Part shown: positions 57,216 through 64,000 of the stretch, piece after piece
Layout: each line of letters opens with the position of its first letter
How positions within the stretch are numbered: the stretch's first letter is position 1
NCBI GenBank assembly: GCA_965203905.1
Contig: CBDBDQ010000005.1
Location: 64,001 to 128,000, forward strand
DNA length: 64,000 nt
Source: Spirochaetia bacterium
GTDB lineage: Bacteria; Spirochaetota; Spirochaetia; SZUA-6; Bin103
Direction of reading: 5' to 3'
Program-made: the position numbers and the translations under genes
Notes under the pieces: model-generated
The model's database searches: none
Told to the model about the DNA's origin: nothing
Seen by the model: only the letters and a program-made list of their open reading frames with translations

Positions 57216-58162
57216 AGATCCTGGTCAGTTTCTCGTTTTCGGCCGCGCAGCGCGCGGAGCTGGATGCCATGGCCCGGAGCCACGGCGGCCACGAGGTGAT
57301 CCACGCCGACGATCCGGCAGCGGCTCTGGCAGCAGCGGCTGAGGTGGAGGTGGCGATGGGCTCCCTCACCCCGGAACTGTTCCTGGAGGCGCGCAACCTG
57401 AAGTGGGCGCACTCCTTCAGCGCCGGCCTGGACAAGGTGCTCACGCCCGAGGTTGCGGAGCTGCCGTTCATCCTGACCAACATGGCCGGCAAGTACGCGG
57501 TCCAGGGGGGCGAGCACGCCTGGGCGCTGTTGCTGGCCCTGAGCCGCGGCGTGGTGCACGCGGCGGTGACCCGGCGCTGGGAGCGAGGCGCGGTGACCTC
57601 GTTGACCGGCGGCACGCTGCTGATCATCGGGCTGGGCGGATTCGGCATGCACACCCTGCAGCGTGCCGCCGGTTACGACATGACGGTGCTGGCGCTCGAC
57701 CCGGTCAAGAGCGCCGGACCGGCTCCGGAAGGGGTGGCCGAGCTGCTGCCGCCGACACCCGACAACCTGCACGCGTTCCTGGCGCGCGCCGACGCGGTGG
57801 CGGTGACGTGCCCGTTGCTGCCGGAGACCTACCACCTGATCGGCGCCGCGGAGTTGGCGCGGATGAAGCCGAGCGCCTACCTGGTCAACGTCAGCCGCGG
57901 CGGCATCATCGACGAGCCGGCGCTGATGGCGGCGCTGCACGCCGGCACCATCGCGGGCGCGGGGCTCGACGTGTGCGAGGTGGAGCCGGTGCCGGACGAC
58001 AGCCCGCTGTGGACCACGCCCAACCTGGTGCTGACGCCGCACCGCGCCGGGTTCTCACAGCGGCGGCCGGCGGAGACCCATGCCTTCGCCCTGGAGCAGC
58101 TCGAGCGCTACCTCACCGGCCAGCCGCTGCAGAACATCACCGACAAGCGCGCCGGCTTCTAA
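57212..58162 (+). CDS. D-2-hydroxyacid dehydrogenase
   Basis: GLGGFG, CPLLPET, VNVSRGGIIDE, AGLDVCEVEP and TPH. Confidence 0.94.
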   Translation: MKILVSFSFSAAQRAELDAMARSHGGHEVIHADDPAAALAAAAEVEVAMGSLTPELFLEARNLKWAHSFSAGLDKVLTPEVAELPFILTNMAGKYAVQGGEHAWALLLALSRGVVHAAVTRRWERGAVTSLTGGTLLIIGLGGFGMHTLQRAAGYDMTVLALDPVKSAGPAPEGVAELLPPTPDNLHAFLARADAVAVTCPLLPETYHLIGAAELARMKPSAYLVNVSRGGIIDEPALMAALHAGTIAGAGLDVCEVEPVPDDSPLWTTPNLVLTPHRAGFSQRRPAETHAFALEQLERYLTGQPLQNITDKRAGF

Positions 58163-59196
58163 TCCCGGTTTGGCGGGGGAGCACCCAGGGGGAACGGGCC
58201 GGCCGCGGCGGCCGTGGCGCGGGCGTGCTCGTACACGGCGTCCTGCACCTCCAGCACGCGTACCGCCTGCATCACGTCGGGGACGCCGATCCTGCCGCCG
58301 GCTATCGCCTCCAGTCCCCGTTCCACCACGCGCCGCATCCGTTCGCCGTGGCCTATGTCGGGGGTGATGGCGACGCCGTCGCTGGTGTGTACCTCGATCA
58401 GTGGCTCGCCGTGGTCGCCGTAACGCTCGAACACCGACGCCTTGCTGCCGATGAAGCGGAAGAAGTGGTCGCCGGCGCGGGTGCCGGAGGGGTAGTTGAA
58501 GCCCGACTCGATGATCCCCGTGATGCCCGATTCGGCGCGGATGATGCCGACCGCGGTGTCTTCCACCTCGCGCCGGTGCATCAGGTTGGAGAGCACGCCG
58601 CCGAGCACGGTGACCGGCCCCGTTCCGGCGAACTGGAGGAAGGTGTCGATGCCGTGCGAGGCCTCGACGATCCAGGAGCCACCACCCGACTGATCCGGAA
58701 CGTTGAGCCAGTAGGAGGGGGTGGGGTCGTAGCGGGTGGGCGGTCCGTTGTTGAGCCGGCTGCTGTACAGGATCAACTCGCCGAAGCTGCCGTCCGCCAC
58801 CATCTGCTCCACTCGCTCGATTAGCAGGCTGCCGCGGTTGGGTAGCGTCAGCGCGTGCGGGATGGCGTGCGCCATGGTGGCCTCCGCCGCCGGGCGCAGG
58901 CGCGCCGCACAGTCCGCGAACGGCTTGTCCAACAGGTACGGAATACGGCGCTCGACGCACGCCTGCACGTAACCGGGAATGGCGACGTGTTTGCCGCACA
59001 CGATGGCGGCATCGGGCTGCGCCGCGTCGAGGCAGGCGCCGGCAGCGGCGTAGCCGGGACAGTCGAACTGCTGCTGGAGCTGCTCTCGCGGCTTCGGCTC
59101 CGGGTCCATGACCGCGACGACTTCATGGCCTAGATCGCGCACCGTGCCGGCGATGCCGCGACCGTGATGACTGTAGGAAAGGGCGACCAGACGCAT
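58159..59196 (-). CDS. Gfo/Idh/MocA oxidoreductase
   Basis: YLLDKPF, SGGGSWIVEASHGID and VEDTA; TAAGAT lies 7 nt before the ATG. Confidence 0.88.
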   Translation of the reverse strand: MRLVALSYSHHGRGIAGTVRDLGHEVVAVMDPEPKPREQLQQQFDCPGYAAAGACLDAAQPDAAIVCGKHVAIPGYVQACVERRIPYLLDKPFADCAARLRPAAEATMAHAIPHALTLPNRGSLLIERVEQMVADGSFGELILYSSRLNNGPPTRYDPTPSYWLNVPDQSGGGSWIVEASHGIDTFLQFAGTGPVTVLGGVLSNLMHRREVEDTAVGIIRAESGITGIIESGFNYPSGTRAGDHFFRFIGSKASVFERYGDHGEPLIEVHTSDGVAITPDIGHGERMRRVVERGLEAIAGGRIGVPDVMQAVRVLEVQDAVYEHARATAAAAGPFPLGAPPPNRD

Positions 59197-59274
59197 CGCC
59201 CGCATCTTAACACGCGGGGGCGGCCGCCCACTACTGCACCGCTCTTGCAGAATCGGATATGGTTGATACTCCAC

Positions 59275-61128
59275 ATGATTCGGCGTTTCACGATCAGGGG
59301 ATTCAAGCGATTCGAGCACCAGACGAAAATCGATCTGGACGCGGTAACCGTGCTGGTGGGGGCCAACAACAGCGGCAAGTCGACCATCCTCGAAGCCTTG
59401 ACGCTGTTTCAGTATTGCCTCGAGACTACTCGGCGTGCGAACGGCAAGGCCGGCGGCAAGAGACAGTCAAGCCTGTCATCCCGTTCGGTAAGCCCGGACG
59501 AATTCGGCGTCCTGCCGGTGGCGGAGCCGACCGACCTCTGGCCCAACGGCCGCACCACCGGCAGCAAGACCATTGAATTGCAGGGAGAGTACGACAACGG
59601 TGCGGAGATCGGCTTTACGCTGAAACTGAGCTACAACAGGTTCAGCATCACCCCAAAGTTGAGCGGAGACACGGCGACAGCCATTCGCCAACAAGACATC
59701 CGACTCATACCGATCTTTTCCGGATTCATCCCTCGTGAGGAATACTTGACCCCACCTGCACGCCAGGAACGAGTGCGACTCCAACGTCATGGAGAGACCG
59801 TGCGCAACCTCCTGTGGGACCTGCGAGAGCATCACGAATCACGCTGGGATAAACTGGTGGATCTCCTTCGTTATCTGTTTCCCGAGAGCGTCCTGCACAT
59901 CAACTTCGATGTCGAGATCGACCGATTTCTCAACGCGACCTATCGAGACCGTGTGCTCACCCGCGAGCTCGACGTCATGGTTACGGGCTCGGGATTTCAT
60001 CAGGCACTGCAGATCCTGGTTTCGGTGCTCGCTCCCGGCGCCCGTACGCTCCTGCTCGACGAACCGGACGCTCATCTCCATGCTCGTCTGCAGACTCAGC
60101 TCATGGGAGTCCTGGAACGGCTGGCGCGCGAGGAACCTGCGCAATTCATCCTCGCGACGCACTCGCCACAGCTTCTGAGCGCCGCACCCAGCGGCTCGAT
60201 CAGAGTCTGCATGGAAGGCGCAGTGGTCCCGTTCGACGTCGGCCCCGCTCAGTTCCGGCTGCTCGAAGATCTGGGTGCCATGGACCGCATGGAGATCGTC
60301 CCGCTGCTGACCAATCGAGCGATCGTGTTCGTCGAGAATCGGAGCGATCAGAAGTTGCTCGAGCAGTTCGCACGCAAGCACTGGGGCGAGAAAAAACAAC
60401 AGGAGATCTGGCGCGTGCTGACCTTCATGTATACCTACCAGGGACCGGTAGAGGCACGGGTGCTTGATCTGGCCCGCCAAGTCAAGGACCTCTTGAACAG
60501 TCCAGGTCTGTCGTTGACCCAGCCGGTCCGCATGCTGGCGATCGGCGACCGCGACTACCGCACCGATGCGGCGCGGCGCAAGGAACTCCGCGCCCACACC
60601 ACACGCGCAAAGTCTTCTGCATATCAACTTGACCTCACCTTGAGCCTGTGGGAGGCCAACGAGATCGAGAACTACCTGCTCGATCAAACCGCGCTGCTTG
60701 CCACACTTTGCCGGGAAGCCAACGAGAAGGGTGTCGCAGGCCGTTGGAGCAGTCAACAGCGCAAGTTCGTCGATGAGTGGGATTCTCTGCTGAGCGAGCA
60801 ACAAGAGCCGGTCAGGCAGGCCGTAGCGACCCGCATTCAGAATGACGATCGGAGACTCACGCTTGGTACTGCGCTTGGCCGAGCAGATGAATTTCTGAGC
60901 GGAGCCTGGCAGGAACCGACTCGGTGGTGCGATGCAAAACATGTCATCAGTCGGCTTCGAGCCTGGCTTCAGGAACAGAGACTGCCGCTACGAATTCCCG
61001 AAGATAAGATCGTCGATGCCATGGATACCGTTCCCGCCGACGTACAGAAGGTATTGCGGAAACTGCAACGGATCAGCAGTCCGGGGCCGTCTCGCCGCAC
61101 CGACCGTGCACGCAGCGTGAAGCGTTGA
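59275..61128 (+). CDS. ABC/AAA ATPase fused to a TOPRIM-like domain (OLD-family-like nuclease)
   Basis: GFKRF, GANNSGKST, TGSG signature, LLDEPDAHLH, ATHS, then VFVENRSD, GDRD and EIENYLL. Confidence 0.85.
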   Translation: MIRRFTIRGFKRFEHQTKIDLDAVTVLVGANNSGKSTILEALTLFQYCLETTRRANGKAGGKRQSSLSSRSVSPDEFGVLPVAEPTDLWPNGRTTGSKTIELQGEYDNGAEIGFTLKLSYNRFSITPKLSGDTATAIRQQDIRLIPIFSGFIPREEYLTPPARQERVRLQRHGETVRNLLWDLREHHESRWDKLVDLLRYLFPESVLHINFDVEIDRFLNATYRDRVLTRELDVMVTGSGFHQALQILVSVLAPGARTLLLDEPDAHLHARLQTQLMGVLERLAREEPAQFILATHSPQLLSAAPSGSIRVCMEGAVVPFDVGPAQFRLLEDLGAMDRMEIVPLLTNRAIVFVENRSDQKLLEQFARKHWGEKKQQEIWRVLTFMYTYQGPVEARVLDLARQVKDLLNSPGLSLTQPVRMLAIGDRDYRTDAARRKELRAHTTRAKSSAYQLDLTLSLWEANEIENYLLDQTALLATLCREANEKGVAGRWSSQQRKFVDEWDSLLSEQQEPVRQAVATRIQNDDRRLTLGTALGRADEFLSGAWQEPTRWCDAKHVISRLRAWLQEQRLPLRIPEDKIVDAMDTVPADVQKVLRKLQRISSPGPSRRTDRARSVKR

Positions 61129-61233
61129 CAGACCGGTTCCGTGCACGTGTCGTCCGCATTGGCAGCAGCGGCCGCCCCCGGTTGTGTGCTACTGGCGGTT
61201 GGGCGCCGAATCGGGTAAGGATAGGGCCACGGT

Positions 61234-62349
61234 ATGAGGTTTCACGCGGGAGTGATCGGGGCTACCGGGTTCATCGGTACGCCCTATCGGGAGGAGATGC
61301 GCGGGGCGCCGGACGCGGCGCGCATCGTGGCGTTGTGCGCGCGCCGGCGCGAGCGGCTGGAGGCGGCCGCGCGCCTGGACGGCTGCGACTTCATCACCCA
61401 CGACTGGCGCGAGGTGGTGGACCACCCGGAGGTCGACCTGGTGGTGGTGGTGACGCCGGACCGGCTGCACCTGGAGCCGGCGCTGGCGGCGGCGGCGGCC
61501 GGCAAGCACCTGTTCTGCGACAAGCCGATCGGTGCCGACGTCGGCGAGGCGTACCGGATCTGGTCGGCGTATCGGGACAGCGGGCTGGCCCACTACGTGC
61601 CCTACTGGACCCGCTACGAGCCGAAGTTCCGCCGCGCGCGGGAGCTGGTGACGGACGGGACCCTGGGCGAGCTCAAGGTGGTCGTCTACCGCTGGCACAA
61701 CCCGCGGCCGCCGTCGATCCCGTTCACCTGGCGCGATGACGCCACCCTGTCGGCGGCCGGCAGCATCGGCGACGTGGGCTCCCACGCGTATGACGCGGTA
61801 CGCTGGCTGATCGGCTCGGAGGCGCGCCGGGTGGTCACCCAGGCCGGCGTCATCTCACCGCCGAAACCGGACCTGGGGGCGATCGACCTGGCGGAGGCGC
61901 TGGAATGGGGCGAGGCGCACTCGGCCGGGCAGGCGCAGCGCACCCGCGCCGGCACGGCCTACGACTACGGCGCCATCACCTGGGAGTTCCACAACGGCGT
62001 GGTGGGCATGATGCTGCTGTCGCACGCCCCGGTGCTGCGCAAGGGACTGGCCCCCGAGCTGGAGTTGCACGGCAGCGAGGCGTCGCTCTCCGTCGACCGG
62101 GTCAACCACACCGTCAACCTGACCCGCGCCGACGGCGAGTTGGACGCAGTCGAGCGGATCCCCGAGGACCGGGTCAACCGCTGGGCCCGGTTCGTGTTGC
62201 CGGCCCTGCGCGAACGTGCCTCCGGCCGGCCCTGCGACCACCCCGGGCTGCACGACGGCTGGCGCACCCAGGTGTTCACCGAGGCCGCCGCCGAGTCCGC
62301 GCGCCGCGGCACCTGGGTGGAGCTGGCCGAACTGGACGCGGAGGCATAA
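61234..62349 (+). CDS. Gfo/Idh/MocA oxidoreductase
   Basis: GATGFIG, GKHLFCDKP and GSIGDVGSHAYD. Confidence 0.93.
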   Translation: MRFHAGVIGATGFIGTPYREEMRGAPDAARIVALCARRRERLEAAARLDGCDFITHDWREVVDHPEVDLVVVVTPDRLHLEPALAAAAAGKHLFCDKPIGADVGEAYRIWSAYRDSGLAHYVPYWTRYEPKFRRARELVTDGTLGELKVVVYRWHNPRPPSIPFTWRDDATLSAAGSIGDVGSHAYDAVRWLIGSEARRVVTQAGVISPPKPDLGAIDLAEALEWGEAHSAGQAQRTRAGTAYDYGAITWEFHNGVVGMMLLSHAPVLRKGLAPELELHGSEASLSVDRVNHTVNLTRADGELDAVERIPEDRVNRWARFVLPALRERASGRPCDHPGLHDGWRTQVFTEAAAESARRGTWVELAELDAEA

Positions 62350-62360
62350 AGGAGCACCGC

Positions 62361-63248
62361 ATGGGAGCAAAGAGAGTCAACCGCAACATCGAGCTGCTGG
62401 CCGCCGACCAGCCGGTCTACTACACCGGCGGGCATACCGGAGCAGTGCTCACCTACGAACAGGGGATGCAGGACGCGCACACCTGGGCGGACTATATCAA
62501 CGTGGGCATGGAGCACGGCGCCTTCGACCTGGCCGGGCTGGCCCGCTATATGGAAGGCCTGGTGGCGGGCGGGCCCACCAACAGCGGCCACCGTACGCCC
62601 ACGGTGATCGTGGAGGTCCCGGTGGACGGCTCCAGCGAGGCGACCATCCGCTACAACGCCTGGCAGTTCCGGCAGATCCTGGGCCGCGGCGTGCACGGCA
62701 TCCTGCTGTGTCAGGCGGAGACCCCGGACGCCGTGCGCGCGTTCGTGGAGTCGTGCCGCTACCCGCGCCACATGATCGGCGTCGGCCGGGGCCTGGAGCG
62801 CGGCACCCGCGGCGTCGGCTCGGAGTCTTCGGCGGCGGCGATCTGGGGCATCGACCCCGGCGACTACATCACCAGGTGCGACCCCTGGCCGCTCAACCCG
62901 GACGGGGAGCTGCTGCTGGGCATCAAGGTGGAGTCGGTGCGCGGGGTGGCCCACATCGAGCAGCTCCTGGCGGTGCCCGGCCTCGGTTTCGCCGAATGCG
63001 GTCCCGGCGACCTGCACATGTCCTACGGTGTGGACCGGGTCCCCGAGCAGCATGACCCGCGGGTGATCGAGGCCAACGAGCGGGTACGCGCGGCATGTGC
63101 CGCCAACGGCGTGGCGTTCCTGGAGGGAGCCAGGCCCGACACCGTGGCGGCGCAGATCGACCGCGGCGTGCGCGTGGTCTCCGGCGGCAGCGAAGAGATC
63201 GCGCGCATCGGCCGCGCCCACAGCGGCCGGACGCTGCCGGTAGGCTGA
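62361..63248 (+). CDS. HpcH/HpaI aldolase/citrate lyase family protein
   Basis: MEHGAFD, KVESVRGV and GPGDLHMS. Confidence 0.9.
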   Translation: MGAKRVNRNIELLAADQPVYYTGGHTGAVLTYEQGMQDAHTWADYINVGMEHGAFDLAGLARYMEGLVAGGPTNSGHRTPTVIVEVPVDGSSEATIRYNAWQFRQILGRGVHGILLCQAETPDAVRAFVESCRYPRHMIGVGRGLERGTRGVGSESSAAAIWGIDPGDYITRCDPWPLNPDGELLLGIKVESVRGVAHIEQLLAVPGLGFAECGPGDLHMSYGVDRVPEQHDPRVIEANERVRAACAANGVAFLEGARPDTVAAQIDRGVRVVSGGSEEIARIGRAHSGRTLPVG

Positions 63249-63262
63249 CCGGGTTCAGCGGT

Positions 63263-63285
63263 GCCGCCGGCTCGCGACCGGCGGC
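63263..63285. terminator. Hairpin between convergent genes
   Basis: gccgccgg-ctcgcga-ccggcggc. Confidence 0.45.
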
Positions 63286-63288
63286 GCC

Positions 63289-64000
63289 TCAGGCGACGTC
63301 GACCGGCTGCCCCGTGCGGCCCGACTCGATGGCGGCGGCCACCGTGGCCGCGATGTCACGTCCCGCCTGGGCGTTGAGCATGGTGTCCGAGCCGGTCTCC
63401 ATGGCCGCCTTGAAGTTCTCCATCAGCAGGAAGTTGTTGCTGTCGGCGACGCGCACGTGGGGATATTCCGCGGCGGGCTGGCCGCGGTAGTAGATCCCCA
63501 CCTCGGGACGCGCCTCGGTAACCACCAGGGCGCCCTTGCTGCCCACCAGGTGCAGCTTGATCTCGCCGATCTCGGGGTGGCTGGCGGCACCGATGCGGCC
63601 GATGCAGAGCGAGCCGACCATGCCGTTCTCCATCTCCAGGGTGACGGTGGCCAGGTCGTCCACGTCGTTGTCCGCGTTGGCCTGATGGAAGTGGGCCGCG
63701 GTGCGGGCGAACACGCGCCGCACCTTGCTGCCGGTGAGCAGGTGGATATAGCCCAGCGGATAGATGCCCTCGATCTGCAACTCGCCCATCGGTGCAATCC
63801 CGACGCCGCCGTCGGAGCCGTCCAGGTGGGCTTCCAACTGCCGCGCCAGCCAGCTGATCGGCGGGTAGCCGGGCTGGCGGCTGCCCTTCGGCGGCCCGGC
63901 GTCCTTGGCAAAGTAGAAATCGACGTGGATCGCGCGCAGGTCGCCGATGGCACCGCGCTCAAGCTCCTCGCGCGCCTGCACCAGCGCCGGCAGCAGGTTG
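63289..64000 (-). CDS. Gfo/Idh/MocA oxidoreductase (5' part outside the window)
   Basis: GAIGDLRAI...GELQIEGIYPL...VDDLATVTL...AAIESGRTGQPV; the frame is open to the window edge. Confidence 0.85.
   Translation of the reverse strand, partial: NLLPALVQAREELERGAIGDLRAIHVDFYFAKDAGPPKGSRQPGYPPISWLARQLEAHLDGSDGGVGIAPMGELQIEGIYPLGYIHLLTGSKVRRVFARTAAHFHQANADNDVDDLATVTLEMENGMVGSLCIGRIGAASHPEIGEIKLHLVGSKGALVVTEARPEVGIYYRGQPAAEYPHVRVADSNNFLLMENFKAAMETGSDTMLNAQAGRDIAATVAAAIESGRTGQPVDVA

Noticed and set aside
47290-61233. Integron cassette array explaining the solitary inserts
   Set aside because: I could not find RYYYAAC...GTTRRRY attC structures, and no intI is present.
1-64000. CRISPR array, integrase, transposase or prophage genes
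   Set aside because: I found no regularly spaced 25-45 bp identical repeats and no recombinase, transposase or phage structural motifs.

Overview
High-GC bacterial chromosome segment, most likely from a Spirochaetota genome. This rests on the PUR-domain protein, the short hingeless SMC, the spirochete-type 'FAxGxxE' solute-binding proteins, and the ffh-rpsP-khpA-rimM-trmD-rplS-yraN-coaD-rpmF-acpP-rnc gene order. Bases 1 to ~21.5 kb are housekeeping: tRNA-Tyr, tRNA-Thr, aroH, thiN, cca, the translation cluster, rnhB and smc. This stretch also holds an operon for an apparently inactive S41/PDZ protein and two beta-propeller lipoproteins, convergent with an FtsH-like protease. After tRNA-Gly(TCC) at 21447-21518 the rest of the window is an accessory catabolic region: carbohydrate ABC permeases and binding proteins without an ATPase, sulfatases, Gfo/Idh/MocA, PhyH, SDR, GH172, AKR and an aldolase. 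Single defence/TA-type genes or fragments are scattered through it (HNH, McrBC relic, HEPN/MNT, Fic, OLD-like ATPase). The region shows many large internal deletions and local duplications. The most unusual items are: a tRNA-adjacent sulfatase-SBP-HNH unit sitting next to collapsed relics of the same sulfatase and SBP; in-frame palindromic repeats inside the HNH gene; a tricorn-like split operon with a degenerate active site; a K+-channel-like protein with a GYD filter; and a duplicated 44-bp promoter bracketing a gene fragment. All protein assignments come from motif recognition by eye, with no database searches.
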